A stretch of DNA of 64,000 nucleotides from Histomonas meleagridis 2922-C6/04-290x (GCA_020184695.1 JAANOX010000095.1:62001-126000); one strand, 5' to 3'; shown: positions 33,569-45,769, counted from the stretch's first letter. A program made the numbers and translations. Notes: generated from the sequence alone by a model not told the origin.

Positions 33569-33595
33569 AATTGTATTTCCAGAGCATAACGGTCG
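33569..33595 (+). mobile_element. Solo hAT TIR-like sequence
   Basis: aattgtatttccagagcataacggtcg matches the left TIR core aatcgcatttcaagggcataacggtcg at 23/27; no partner end found downstream. Confidence 0.6.
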
Positions 33596-33940
33596 CGCCA
33601 AAAGTACTTCCAAAATGCTAGGAAAATAACCGCATTACAAAAGCTAATTAGAATCAGTGTAAAGAAAATGTGTTAATTTCAAGAAAAATAAAAGTGAAAC
33701 GGTAGACTGAACTATATCCCCTTATTTTCCTGAAAAAATATGTATATGGAAGACGATAGATGTTTTATGGAAAAAATAATCGTTCGAAAAAATTTCAACA
33801 TAATGTATTCAATAGAACCGTTTACATTAATATCTATCGTCGACCTGGGGCGGCCCCGAAAATTGGGAGTGCACCGTTAAGAAAATTTAGTGAAATAAAA
33901 ACATCTCATTACATCCTTGAAATTATTAAATAATTAAATG

Positions 33941-33963
33941 ATATATATATATATATATATATA
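33941..33963. repeat. (AT)n microsatellite
   Basis: Perfect AT dinucleotide run; similar runs near 6206-6221 and 45420-45442. Confidence 0.9.
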
Positions 33964-34819
33964 GCATCATTATCAAGAATCTTTCTTGAGGTTATCATTA
34001 ATGGTGTTAATACATCACCATAAAAATAGTAGTAATTAATGAGATCTTTTTTTCTGCTCTATCCACACAATATTCAATTCTGAGATTTTTCAATAATGAA
34101 GGGACAACTACCTTTTTTGTTTTTCTATTGGCTCATTCCTGTTAACCAATTTCATCGAAATTAAAAATCAATTTTGTCGGCAAATCGCTCACATACTTTT
34201 TTAAATTTGAAATATGTTTTAAACAAAACTCCTTGATAAATTATCTCATTCTTTTTTCTGTGGATAGGCTGTGGTCTTAACAATTTTATTTTGTCGTCTT
34301 TTAATAAAATTATGATACAAAGATGGAGAAACAGTAATATTAATTTGTAAAAAATTTTTTACGAATATCTTTAATTGTGCATGGTTTGTGAAACAACTGA
34401 GAGCGAAATTATGTTAATTAACATTTAATATTTAATTCTGGAATAATAGGATATTGTAGATTTCAATTATTTTTGATTCAATTAAATATTCCTTTGTTGC
34501 AAACAGGAATGCGACTAACAAAAATACAACTCATTATTTACATGATGATGTTGTCACAAAATAGTGGATTCCAATAATTGATTTAAAAATGATTCATTCA
34601 CAAATTCAAAATAAAAGAAATGAGATGGTTTTGGAAGCCAATAAAATTTTTAGAATGAAGTTTGTATTGCATTCAATGAGATATAGGCTTTTTCATAAAT
34701 TTCATGATTTTAAAAAATTTACCGTTTCAAGCATTATGTAATTATTATGTTAAAATTTTTTTCTTCTTGTTAGGTTAATTTTGGTGAAATTTTTCTTTCC
34801 TACAACGGTTAACGATCAG

Positions 34820-35770
34820 ATGCGGAAGAGCCAAAATCCCGGCACTTCTCCAAACGAAGATTCTACAAAGTCATATCAATTTGGAGACATTGACAAGTAT
34901 TATATTTGCAACCGTGTTGGCCGCGGAAAATATTCAAATGTATTTCGAGGCAAAACAGAAAATGGCCAATTATGCGTCATAAAAGTTCTTAAACCTGTTC
35001 GCCCAGATCGAATACAACGCGAAATTAATATTTTACGCCGAATGCGGGGAGCACCAAACACATCTCAATTATTAGACGTTGTTAGTGATAAAGACACAAA
35101 ATCAATAGCACTTATTCTTGATTGGTCAAAGAATGTTCCAATTCGCACAATTCTACGTCATCTCACCACAGTACAAATATCAACATACATTTATAAAGTT
35201 CTCCAATCCCTTGAATATGCACATTCTCACAATATCATGCACCGGGATGTCAAGCCTGGTAACATTATGTTTGATCCAGATACTCTTACTGTCAGTTTGA
35301 TTGATTGGGGATTGGCAGAAGAATATCAGCCAGACCGAGAATACCTTGTCCGCGTCGCAACAAAGCATTACAAAGGGCCGGAGCTTTTACTCGGATATAC
35401 TAAATATGACACAAGCCTCGACATTTGGTGTTTGGGTTGCACATTTGCAACTTTGCTCTTTGGTCGCATTCCATTCTTTAAAGGCCACGACAACGATGAC
35501 CAAGTGATTCGCCTTGGAGAGATCTTTGGGTGCAGAGACATCGTAAATTATGTGGAAAAATATTCTCTTACGCTGCCTCCGAATGTCGCAACAAAGATAC
35601 AGAAATATAAAAAGAAATCGTTTGCAAGCTTTGTGACAGAATATAATAAAGATGTGGCAACACCAGAAGCATTAGATTTGCTCTCAAAAATGCTGGTGAT
35701 TGACCACAAGCAAAGAATAACGGCTGTGGAAGCAATGAAACATCCTTATTTTGAACAAGCAAACATTTGA
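34820..35770 (+). CDS. CK2A: Casein kinase II alpha subunit
   Basis: VGRGKYSNVF, VIKVLKPV, IMHRDVKPGNI, LIDWGLAEEY, VRVATKHYKGPELL, DIWCLGC. First ATG at 34820. Confidence 0.92.
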   Translation: MRKSQNPGTSPNEDSTKSYQFGDIDKYYICNRVGRGKYSNVFRGKTENGQLCVIKVLKPVRPDRIQREINILRRMRGAPNTSQLLDVVSDKDTKSIALILDWSKNVPIRTILRHLTTVQISTYIYKVLQSLEYAHSHNIMHRDVKPGNIMFDPDTLTVSLIDWGLAEEYQPDREYLVRVATKHYKGPELLLGYTKYDTSLDIWCLGCTFATLLFGRIPFFKGHDNDDQVIRLGEIFGCRDIVNYVEKYSLTLPPNVATKIQKYKKKSFASFVTEYNKDVATPEALDLLSKMLVIDHKQRITAVEAMKHPYFEQANI

Positions 35771-36292
35771 TTTATATATAAATTGAAATATTATTAATGT
35801 TTATTTTAAATTTATTATTTGTTGACAAATTGTTGCTCTAAAAGCATAAAAACATAAAAACTGTTATCCAACATATGAATATTTGGCAAATATAATTAAC
35901 TATCTTTCACTTAATGCCAAATTCCAGGTGATATAAGATTAAGTAAATTCATGAATTGTAAATTTGTTCCTTTTAATGCATAGTTTCCTATAAATTCACA
36001 CTGAATAAAAGTTACATTTTCATAATAAAAAATAGCATTTAAAAATGCATAAGCAACAATTCTTCTGACAAAGCTGATCAAAGAAAAGCATACTCAGAAT
36101 ATATCATTTATCAAAAGCATGTTTTCCAATATATTCTGCACTTGTCATATTTGTTACTTCACTTTTTTTTCCGACCACAAAACAAAGAATGATGAGAAAG
36201 AGGTTTTTTCATATTTATTGATGAGCTAAAATTGAAAAAAGTCATTAAAAATAACGATTCTACATATGGTTTATGTATATTAATTTTTTTTT

Positions 36293-39200
36293 TTAAATAA
36301 TTGGCATATTAATTTCAGCTCCACTTAAAGAGTTTAATTCAACTTTGTTACTTTCTCTCTTAAATATTCTTTTTAAGCACGAACAACATTTTTCATTTTT
36401 AGCCAATTTATGACTTTGTTCAATAGCTTCGAAATCGATTCCATTAAAACAATTTTCCAACACATTTGACATTACGTCATAAGGCACTGAAGACCATATT
36501 GACGTAAACGCGGCCTCAAGCAAATCCTTTAATTTCTTTTCATTCAAGTTAAACTTTGGATTCTTTGATTCCTTTCTAATATATTTTTGTATTTCATTTA
36601 TTGTGTATTGAATAATTTCATTTTCGTTTCTTTCTTTTTCATATTTATCTTTTGCCCATTTAATTATTGTTTCGAAAATTGCTGTAATTCGTTTTTTAAC
36701 TGTATAAATGTTATTAAACCAATCTTTAACAAATGCTGAAATAATACCAAAAACGCCAGTTGCTGAAATTACTCCAAATAATGTTATTAAAACTTCTAAT
36801 GCAGTATTTAATTCACAACTTTCAGCAATGATTGAACTCTTTTGTTGCATCGAATTAAATCCAGTTGAGTCATAACATCTATTATTAGATGTATTACCTT
36901 TACATGTTTTAGGCACATTTGTTAAACATAGAATTGCTAAGTTACCAAATGCTTTATCGCCAATTACAATTGATTCATTTTTAGATGTTTCTTCATCAAA
37001 ATAAATTTTTGTGAATCCTTTGCATTGTAAAAATGCGTTTCGACCAATATATGAAATGTTTTTAGGGAATGTTAATATTTGTGTAAATCCAGCACAATAA
37101 GCAAATGCTGAATCACCAATATATATTAAAGATTCAGGTAATATTAATTGATTTTCTAAGCCACGACAATCAAAGAATGCAAAATCGCCAATAAATATTA
37201 ATGTGTTTGGTAAATTTAATGTGCCTTTTAATGATGCACAACTAAAGAATGCATTATTACCTATTTCTTTAAGTATTTTCGTATGAATTTCAAGTTGTCC
37301 ATTAAATCCTTTACATTCAGAAAATGCATATTCACCAATATATTCAACTTTATCACCAATAATTAAAGAACCTGTAAATGATGAACATAACGCAAATGCA
37401 TATTGATTAATTATTTGTACATTATTAGGTATTTTTAATGGACCTGCAAATTTACAATTAGAAAATGCATATGCGCCAATTTCTTTAAGTGAATTAGGTA
37501 ATACTAATGATCCACTTAATGAAGTACAACCTAAGAATGCATATGATGAAATCATTTCTAATTTAGTACTATTCGAAAAATCTAAAATTCCATTTAAACC
37601 ATTACAATTAGCAAATGCATTGGATCCAATTGATATTAAATTTGGAGGTATAATTAATGAACCTGTGATTTTTGTACAACCTGAAAATGATTCTCTTCCA
37701 ATTGTAATAAGTCTTTTAGGTAATCTTGAAGATAATTCAAATGTATCCATTTTCCAAAATGCTTCATCATCTATAATTAAATCTTTCCCATTAATTTCTG
37801 GCTCTAAGAATTCTAATGACATAAAATTATTACATCTTTCGATGAAATGCGCACAAATTTTAGTAACAGTTGGAGCAATTCGAATATATTTTAATGTGGA
37901 TGAACCTTTGATTGAATATGAAGGAATTATCGAACTATAAAACGTAAAACTTTGATCACATGAATCTTGAAATGCATATGATTCTATTGATAAAACTTTA
38001 GAACAATCAAATTCTAATGAAGAACATTTATCAAATGCAAATGATTCGATTTTGTTAATAAATGAATTTTCATCAAGTATAATACTTTTTAATGATGGAC
38101 AATTACTAAATGAATATTGTTTAAATGTAATGTTTGAATTAATAAATGTTATTTTCTTTAATGAATTAAAATTGGTTAATGAAGATTCAAAAATATAAGT
38201 TGCGTTAATTAATGTAATTTCTGTTAATGATGGACAATTACGAATTGCGAAATTTGTTATTTCGTTTTTCCCTGATATATTTAACGTTTCTAAATTATCA
38301 CAATTACTAATAAAGTTTCGATTATATGTTAAAGTACTTTCGATAGTAATTGTTTTAAGATTAGAACAATATGAAAAAGCATTTTCATAAATAATTCGAT
38401 TGTCATTACTTGTAACAATATGAATTTCTTCTAATGATGAACAACCATAAAATGCACCTTGATAAATATATTTATTTTTATAAATTGTAATTTTATTATT
38501 TGGTCCTTTTAAATTTACACATTCATAAAATGCATTATCCTGTATACTCACTGCAGATATACTAGAAAGTATATTAAATTTTTTACATCCCCTAAAACAT
38601 TCCGAACCAAATATTATTGAAGCTCTAAAAGGAAAAGTTATTTCACCAATATTTGTATTCATAAAGCTACTTGAATCAAATCTTATGTATTGTAATTGAT
38701 GAAAATTTAAATTACAATCTAAAGACGAATCTAAAAATGCATCATAGCCAATTTCAATTGAAATCGAATCATTCAAAGATATTGATGTAATATTTGATCC
38801 TTGAAAATTTCGGGAACCAATTTCTATTAATGCTGAAGGAAAATTAATTTCACCTGTTAATAATGTTCCATGAAATGCTTCGGATTTAATATATTTCAAA
38901 TTAGACTTTGACGGGAAATTCAGTGATGTTATTTGAGTATTTTTAAATGAGTATTCATCTATTAATTCAAGTGAAGAAGGAATATTTAATGTTCCACTAA
39001 TTGTTGAAGATTCAAAAGCAGATATATTAATATATTTTATATTTGAAGAAGTTGGAAATGTAATTGAAGTAATTTTTAAGTTATTGAATGCGCGATAACC
39101 AATTTCGATTAATGATGAAGGAAAATTAATTTCACCTGTTAAATCAGTTTCACTGAAAGCAAAACTCGAAATTATTTGTAATTGTGAATCTTCTCGGAAA

Positions 39201-40303
39201 ATTATACTTTGAACATTTGTTCCTTCAAATGAATTAGCACCAATTTTTTGTAATGAAGAAGGAAAAGTAATTTCATATACAGAAGTAAATTGTGCATTTT
39301 TAAATGCTTCATTATCAATTCGCGTTAAATTAGAGTTTTGGAATGTAATCGATGGAATTTTTGAAGAACTAAAACTTTCAGAACAAATTTGCTGTAATGA
39401 AGGTGGAAACTCAATTGATTTATTAAAACTAATAAGACTGAAAGCATTGCTACCAATTATAGTTAGTTTTGAAAAAGGACGAAATATAATTGATGAAATT
39501 CTTGTGAAACAAAAAGATTCAGCACCAATTTTAACCAAAGAAGAAGGAAATTCAATTTCTCCGGCTAAAAAATAACAATAACTAAAAGCTGAATCACGTA
39601 TTTCTAAAGTTATTTCATCAGTTGTCGAATTTTCAAATGAAATTGTTGTAATCAATGTATTATAGAAACAATTTTTATCAATAACGCGTAATGAAGAAGG
39701 AAACTTGATTTCGCCTCTAAGATATGAATAACCAAATGCATGTTCACCAATTTCTTCTAATAAGGATGGAAATGTAATTGAATTTATGTCATGGTAAATG
39801 AATGAAAATGCATAAGATCCAATTATTTTAAGTTGCGAGTTTTCAGAAAACGTGATGGATGAAATTTGTGTTGAACTAAAACAATAAGATCCGATTTTTT
39901 CCAATGAAGACGGAAAAGTTATATCACAAGTAAGGTTAGTGCACCGATAAAAACAATAATCAGAAAGCACTGCTATGTCATTCCCTAACAGAAGAGAAGA
40001 AATACCTTGATTTAGGAAATATTTTTCTCCTATAAAAGTTATAGTATTTGGAATGGTGAGAGAACCTGTGAGAAAACCAGCATGGTTCCCATGAAGCACA
40101 AGATTATTCACGGGATGGTCTGTATTACCATGTCGAATTGTTGAAGGAATAACTAAATTTTCTGAATTTTTAAGAATGTTTGTTATATTTATGGAATTTG
40201 TTTGTTCGTCAAAAATGTACTCGTAAAGCCCATCCTCTGTAATGCTATAGTCCGGTAAGTTCTCGCTTTCGAAGGCAGAAAAAAATAAAGTCAAAAAGAG
40301 CAT
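36293..40303 (-). CDS. BspA-like leucine-rich repeat (LRR_5) surface protein with TM and cytoplasmic tail
   Basis: Hydrophobic N-terminus (MLFLTLFFSAF), dozens of IGxxAFxxCxxL repeats, TM (VLITLFGVISATGVFGIISAFV), ~130-aa tail. First ATG at 40303. Confidence 0.92.
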   Translation of the reverse strand: MLFLTLFFSAFESENLPDYSITEDGLYEYIFDEQTNSINITNILKNSENLVIPSTIRHGNTDHPVNNLVLHGNHAGFLTGSLTIPNTITFIGEKYFLNQGISSLLLGNDIAVLSDYCFYRCTNLTCDITFPSSLEKIGSYCFSSTQISSITFSENSQLKIIGSYAFSFIYHDINSITFPSLLEEIGEHAFGYSYLRGEIKFPSSLRVIDKNCFYNTLITTISFENSTTDEITLEIRDSAFSYCYFLAGEIEFPSSLVKIGAESFCFTRISSIIFRPFSKLTIIGSNAFSLISFNKSIEFPPSLQQICSESFSSSKIPSITFQNSNLTRIDNEAFKNAQFTSVYEITFPSSLQKIGANSFEGTNVQSIIFREDSQLQIISSFAFSETDLTGEINFPSSLIEIGYRAFNNLKITSITFPTSSNIKYINISAFESSTISGTLNIPSSLELIDEYSFKNTQITSLNFPSKSNLKYIKSEAFHGTLLTGEINFPSALIEIGSRNFQGSNITSISLNDSISIEIGYDAFLDSSLDCNLNFHQLQYIRFDSSSFMNTNIGEITFPFRASIIFGSECFRGCKKFNILSSISAVSIQDNAFYECVNLKGPNNKITIYKNKYIYQGAFYGCSSLEEIHIVTSNDNRIIYENAFSYCSNLKTITIESTLTYNRNFISNCDNLETLNISGKNEITNFAIRNCPSLTEITLINATYIFESSLTNFNSLKKITFINSNITFKQYSFSNCPSLKSIILDENSFINKIESFAFDKCSSLEFDCSKVLSIESYAFQDSCDQSFTFYSSIIPSYSIKGSSTLKYIRIAPTVTKICAHFIERCNNFMSLEFLEPEINGKDLIIDDEAFWKMDTFELSSRLPKRLITIGRESFSGCTKITGSLIIPPNLISIGSNAFANCNGLNGILDFSNSTKLEMISSYAFLGCTSLSGSLVLPNSLKEIGAYAFSNCKFAGPLKIPNNVQIINQYAFALCSSFTGSLIIGDKVEYIGEYAFSECKGFNGQLEIHTKILKEIGNNAFFSCASLKGTLNLPNTLIFIGDFAFFDCRGLENQLILPESLIYIGDSAFAYCAGFTQILTFPKNISYIGRNAFLQCKGFTKIYFDEETSKNESIVIGDKAFGNLAILCLTNVPKTCKGNTSNNRCYDSTGFNSMQQKSSIIAESCELNTALEVLITLFGVISATGVFGIISAFVKDWFNNIYTVKKRITAIFETIIKWAKDKYEKERNENEIIQYTINEIQKYIRKESKNPKFNLNEKKLKDLLEAAFTSIWSSVPYDVMSNVLENCFNGIDFEAIEQSHKLAKNEKCCSCLKRIFKRESNKVELNSLSGAEINMPII

Positions 40304-40709
40304 TGCCGATATCAATTATGGGTGTGTTCTAGTATTCAATTATTGATAAACGGCCACTTCACATAATTGTTGTCACTTTTCCGACACCTACAAATTGTGA
40401 ATACCATCTCTTTCATTCATGGAGTCTTTTAATTTTATCGAAAAAAACGTAAAACGATTTTTATAAAGCGTATTTAAAGCATTTCATAATAATAAAATGT
40501 GGACATTATAATTTGTCATATTGTTATGTGGCTTTCATTTAAATAGATAATTTGAAATTTCATCTCAGTGATTACTATGTTTTGTTCATTCTTTTGTATT
40601 TAAAGCATTAAAATTTGATTATATCATTGCTGTGTTATTGGATAGTTTTGCTGAGGAACGCTGTCACTTTTTGTAAACATTTTTATCTGGTTGGCGGTCA
40701 AAAGATTTT

Positions 40710-42077
40710 ATGCTAAGTGGAAAAGCAGCTAAAGGCGAAACTGAAAAAGCATTAGAAAACCCTAACCTTCAGCTTGATGATCTTTTAAAATGTAATAATC
40801 TTACAACTCAACTCCGCAACAATAATCCTCAATTAATGAGTTTCTTAATGAAACCCGAAAACATCAAACTTCTTTACTCATACTTCACTACTAAAACCCA
40901 ACGATCTGATCAACGGCTTCTTCTTAATCTTTTCCAAACAAGCAATGTTTCACTTCATCGTGTTTTTTGTGATTCCATTCCACTTACCGAATCCATTCTT
41001 TCATCATTAGAATCCAACACACCAGCAGCTTCATATGGTATTGGTTCTATTCTTCGAATTCTTATGCGCGCCATAGATCTTTGGCCCGAAGATGTTGCCT
41101 CAGTCTTTCGTTACAGTGCCACAGCTTATCGATACCTTGTTAAGAACATATGCAAAATATGTGTTTTTCAATCATGCTCAGATTTATTACCTGCGCATGC
41201 TGCCACCATCCATCCCAATGTGATTCATTTTATATGGGTATTATTTTTATCTCTTGCAGGCGAGTCATTTGTTCAGAAACATGTGACACATAATATTGAA
41301 ACATTTTATCTCGAAGATATTCCAACGTATTATGAGTTTTCATCATTCAAAGATGAAGAAGGAGACAACTTTGAGCGAAATAACCACTATCGAATTTTAC
41401 ATTCCATACATCTTCTTCGCTTATTCTTTGCTGTTGGACATGTTCGAATTGGCGGCTTCCAAGAATATGTCTGCGAATACGTATCCGAACTTTCTGTTGA
41501 GCAATTTATCCCCGAAATCTTTGATATGATGCATGAGATCTGTCCACACGAACTAACGAAGCAGCGATCGATGGAAATCATATTAAAACATTCGAACGAC
41601 ACGACTCCAGCTTCATTACGACTTATTGACTCTGCTTGTTCATATTTAACAATTTGCGATAACATGATATCTGTTGATGAAGTTATGCAATTAGTTGTTT
41701 GCGTTGGCGTTTCACCAATATTAACTCAGTTCTCGAGGAATATGATATTAAACATTGTTAAGAAGATGAAATTCGAGAACGAAATTAAAGAGAAATTGAA
41801 AACGATCATAACGTACACTTGGAATATGTCAATGGATAGAGACTGCGGACTAATGAAAGGCGTCAGCTTGGATATGGCGAAGGAACTGGAGTTGGAATGG
41901 AGCACGTTCGAAGAGTTCGATAAGATTTTGAAGTTTTGGGCAATCGATGACTTTTGTGAAAATGAGGAGGCACCAAAAATGGAATTTAAGTTCGAAAATG
42001 TACAAATCGAGGAAAATATTAAAAAGGAATTGGACGAGAAATGGAATTTGTTGGATGAACAAAAACAAATTCATTAA
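40710..42077 (+). CDS. SIT4 phosphatase-associated (SAPS/PP6R) family protein
   Basis: N-terminal LENPNLQLDDLL...QLRNNNPQLMSFLMKPENIKLL matches the SAPS N-terminus. Confidence 0.7.
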   Translation: MLSGKAAKGETEKALENPNLQLDDLLKCNNLTTQLRNNNPQLMSFLMKPENIKLLYSYFTTKTQRSDQRLLLNLFQTSNVSLHRVFCDSIPLTESILSSLESNTPAASYGIGSILRILMRAIDLWPEDVASVFRYSATAYRYLVKNICKICVFQSCSDLLPAHAATIHPNVIHFIWVLFLSLAGESFVQKHVTHNIETFYLEDIPTYYEFSSFKDEEGDNFERNNHYRILHSIHLLRLFFAVGHVRIGGFQEYVCEYVSELSVEQFIPEIFDMMHEICPHELTKQRSMEIILKHSNDTTPASLRLIDSACSYLTICDNMISVDEVMQLVVCVGVSPILTQFSRNMILNIVKKMKFENEIKEKLKTIITYTWNMSMDRDCGLMKGVSLDMAKELELEWSTFEEFDKILKFWAIDDFCENEEAPKMEFKFENVQIEENIKKELDEKWNLLDEQKQIH

Positions 42078-42637
42078 AAAGTTTTCGCGTTGCGGTAAAC
42101 CAATTAAATTATGTAAAAATTGGAAAAAAATATTTTGTTTCCATGTAAAATTGTTTGCGTTTGGCGCCAAAAGGACAAGGACAAACGATAGAGAAATTAA
42201 ATGATCGAGAAACTGTTTTCCACAGGAAAAAACTTATCGTCATTCTGAAATTTCTATTGATCAATTTTAAATTAACTTCATATTTACAGAATTAGAATTA
42301 AATGAACTTTTTTTTGTTTTCATCACAAAAATTTATATCATTAGGATATAATCTTGAGCTTTGAACGTTTGATTCGAAAACTATTTGATAAATTCAATTT
42401 TAAAAATTGATTCATTTTGAAAAATATTTAAATCATGTTATATAAAACGGTGTCAATATTAATAATTTTATCTCATTGTTGAAGTATATGAAATAAATTA
42501 AATCATTTGAAATATGGGCCAGTTCATCTTTAGCGAAAAATCAACTTCACTTTAGACGTTCTTTTGTGAGCAACGATACAGATAAACTATTTAAACCCAA
42601 ATAAAACGGGAGACCGCCGGCTCACAAGATTAACTAA

Positions 42638-45217
42638 ATGAACCAAAATCCTGTGTTTATGGGGATCGATGTAGATTTTCCATATCGAGATCCATATCCA
42701 GCTCAACGTGCTCTTATGGCAAAAGCCATGAAGTGCTATGTTACTCAAGAAAATGCACTTCTTGAATCCCCAACCGGTACTGGAAAATCTCTTGCTCTTT
42801 TGGCATCCTCATTAGCATATCAAGATCATATTTTTCAACATCCTGTTCAACCAATGCCAGCAAATGAATCACAAAATCCTGATGCTCCACCAAAATGCAC
42901 AGTATGGTATACGAGCCGTACCCACTCCCAATTGAAACAACTTGTTGGCGAACTTAAAAAACTTAGATATAAACCAAGAATGGCAATACTTGCTTCACGC
43001 AAACAAACTTGCCTTAACGAAGCAGGTCTAAAGTCAGGTGACATTGACAACTTCTGTAAAACAGTACACAAAAAATTACATAAATGTGTTTATGGAGCAA
43101 ATACAAATCAAAAATATTTACCAGCAGAATTTTTACCACCAGGAGAATTTTCGAAATTCGACTTGGAAGATCTTCAAAATTATTGCCGTGAAAGAACCTT
43201 GTGTCCATATATCATTTCCAAAAATTTGATGAAAGATGCTGATTTAATTTTAGCACCTTACACTTATATTGTAAGTTCTTCAATTCGAAACCAATTAAAG
43301 ATAGACCTTACTGGTGCCATTGTCATAATTGATGAAGCTCATAATATTGAATCTACATGTAGAGAATCTGCTTCATTAGCTATATCTCTTCAAACAGCTC
43401 GTACGTGTTATTCTCTTTCTGTTATGTCAGATGGGGATAAAATCTTATATCCATCTTTAGTTGATGCATATAGTTGTATTCATGGTATATTTACTGTTAT
43501 TTTAGAATATTTTGAACAGAAACGAACAGAATTTGAAAGCATTGATCGTCATGATAATAATTATATCGAAGAACGCAGTACCAAAGATTGTTTAGCATCA
43601 ATGCACTTAACGGTCGAAAGTTGGCCGTTAATTAAACGGGATTTTAACGAAATCTTTAAAGCTGATAAAAAGAGTGGAAATCCAAATGAAGGTGACAGAT
43701 TTCCTAGCGAAGCTCTCGTGACATTTTTGGATAGAATTTTTATTGGTTTTGAAATGATTTTTGCAAATAATGGTCAAAATTTCGAATATTATAAAATCAT
43801 ATATCAATATAATAGAGATGATTCAACAGAAGATCAAATCAAGTTTATTTGTTTGCATCCAGGTGTTTCATTTTCACCACTTTCAGCATCAGTGCATTCA
43901 ATCTTATTGACATCAGGTACCTTATCACCATTGGACTCTTTTGCAACAGAGCTTGGAACTAAGTTCCCACGAGAGAACTCCTTATCAGCTCCACATGTAA
44001 TTGATCCATCTCAAGTTCAATGTTATCCTATCTCCGTTTCCCCATCTGGAATGACCTTAAATTCCTCATATTCATATCTTTCCAGTAATTCCGAGTCAAC
44101 TTATAAAAGTTTAGGGGATGTATTAACCACATTGTTACCATCAATTCCAGATGGCGTACTATTTTTCTTATCATCGCATAACATCCTCAAAAACCTCATC
44201 AAGTCATGGCGTAAGAGTGGAATCTACAAAAAGATCAATTCCATCAAACCGATATTTTTAGAAGAGCAAAAGAAAACATTTGATAAAGTGTACAACGAAT
44301 TCAAAAAATCCATTGACTTAGGTAAAGGCGGGCTATTTCTCGGTGTATGTCGTGGAAAAATTAGTGAAGGAATGGATTTTAGTGACAATCAAGCTCGAGC
44401 TGTGTTTGCATTTGGTATTCCATATCCAAATCTTAAAGATGCCGATGTAACACTTAAGCGAGCATTTAATGATACACATCCTGGTTTTGTATCAGGGAAA
44501 GAATGGTATGAAATTCAAGCATATCGAAGCTTATCACAAGCCATTGGTCGATGCATTCGAAATTCTCGTGATTATGGTGCAATTTTTTTGCTTGATCAAA
44601 GATTTGAAAGTATTATTGATAAATTACCTAACTGGGTCAGACATAGCATTATTACAAGAAAGAAATACAACGAAATTCAGTCGAATTTAGTCACATTCTT
44701 TGCGAACATGAGCGTCAAATTCCCGATGAAACCTGTTGAGACGTTAAACTTTAACGCTAACGCCAAGTTAACGTGCGCCTTATGTTCGACAACTTTATGT
44801 ATCGACGCCAAATTTGAATTGAATCCGGCGGGTAAAATTGATGTTGGCGTAACCGCCTCTCAGTATTTAAAATCGTTTTTTGATGTGGAAACGGATGTCT
44901 TCGTCTGCTACATCAAAAACGACTCGATTGGGAAGAATTGCTTCGAGGAAACGAACCCGGAATATGTTGATAGGGAATCTATTGCATATATTAAACTTTT
45001 ATGCCCAAAATGTAAGCAACCAATCGGAGTGAAAATTCATGCGGTATCAAGGAAAAATATAAAAAGTTTGGATTGCTTATGGATAGATATAGATAGAGTT
45101 TGGATTAACCAGGCTGGAATTAGTCAGCCATTAAGTAAAATGGTACAGAAACCAAAGGTTCTGTCAATGGAATTGTTATCAGGCGCAAAGGCATTGGCAA
45201 AACAAGAAAATAAATAA
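42638..45217 (+). CDS. Rad3/XPD-family Fe-S DNA helicase, FANCJ/RTEL1-like
   Basis: FPYRDPYPAQ, LESPTGTGKS, SRTHSQL, RKQTC..C..C..CPY, IIDEAHN, TSGTLSP, CRGKISEGMDF, QAIGRCIRNSRDYGA. Confidence 0.9.
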   Translation: MNQNPVFMGIDVDFPYRDPYPAQRALMAKAMKCYVTQENALLESPTGTGKSLALLASSLAYQDHIFQHPVQPMPANESQNPDAPPKCTVWYTSRTHSQLKQLVGELKKLRYKPRMAILASRKQTCLNEAGLKSGDIDNFCKTVHKKLHKCVYGANTNQKYLPAEFLPPGEFSKFDLEDLQNYCRERTLCPYIISKNLMKDADLILAPYTYIVSSSIRNQLKIDLTGAIVIIDEAHNIESTCRESASLAISLQTARTCYSLSVMSDGDKILYPSLVDAYSCIHGIFTVILEYFEQKRTEFESIDRHDNNYIEERSTKDCLASMHLTVESWPLIKRDFNEIFKADKKSGNPNEGDRFPSEALVTFLDRIFIGFEMIFANNGQNFEYYKIIYQYNRDDSTEDQIKFICLHPGVSFSPLSASVHSILLTSGTLSPLDSFATELGTKFPRENSLSAPHVIDPSQVQCYPISVSPSGMTLNSSYSYLSSNSESTYKSLGDVLTTLLPSIPDGVLFFLSSHNILKNLIKSWRKSGIYKKINSIKPIFLEEQKKTFDKVYNEFKKSIDLGKGGLFLGVCRGKISEGMDFSDNQARAVFAFGIPYPNLKDADVTLKRAFNDTHPGFVSGKEWYEIQAYRSLSQAIGRCIRNSRDYGAIFLLDQRFESIIDKLPNWVRHSIITRKKYNEIQSNLVTFFANMSVKFPMKPVETLNFNANAKLTCALCSTTLCIDAKFELNPAGKIDVGVTASQYLKSFFDVETDVFVCYIKNDSIGKNCFEETNPEYVDRESIAYIKLLCPKCKQPIGVKIHAVSRKNIKSLDCLWIDIDRVWINQAGISQPLSKMVQKPKVLSMELLSGAKALAKQENK

Positions 45218-45769
45218 TAATTGTTATGATTAAATAATGTTTTGTTTTTATTTTCTTTGTTATGTATGAAATTAGTTATCAACTAAAGCAAAATTTTGTT
45301 TTTATGTTTTGTACATAATAATTCCACGATTAAATTATAAATTAATGAGTAAGCAAATTAAATCTCATATATCATTTGAATTTCAAAATATACTATCATT
45401 TAATAATTGTTAATCAAAATATATATATATATATATATATATTATTTATAGAATAACATGCATTATTATGATAATAAACGTGATTTTTTCCCCCATAATA
45501 GTAAATTTAAAACTCACTCATTTTCGGATACATTCGAATTTATTTGAAGACGAAAAATTATTTTAATTACTATGTATTATTAATAATATCCTCATTTTAT
45601 TTTTAATTTGTTTATACAGAATAAAAGAAATTGAATTAATCAATGAATGGGATGGACCAAAATATTTTAAGTATTCATAAAAAATACGAATTATTTTCAA
45701 TTCATAATTATTCATTATCTTGAAAAAGCATCAAAAAAAATTATTAATGGCCAAAAATTTTATATAAAA

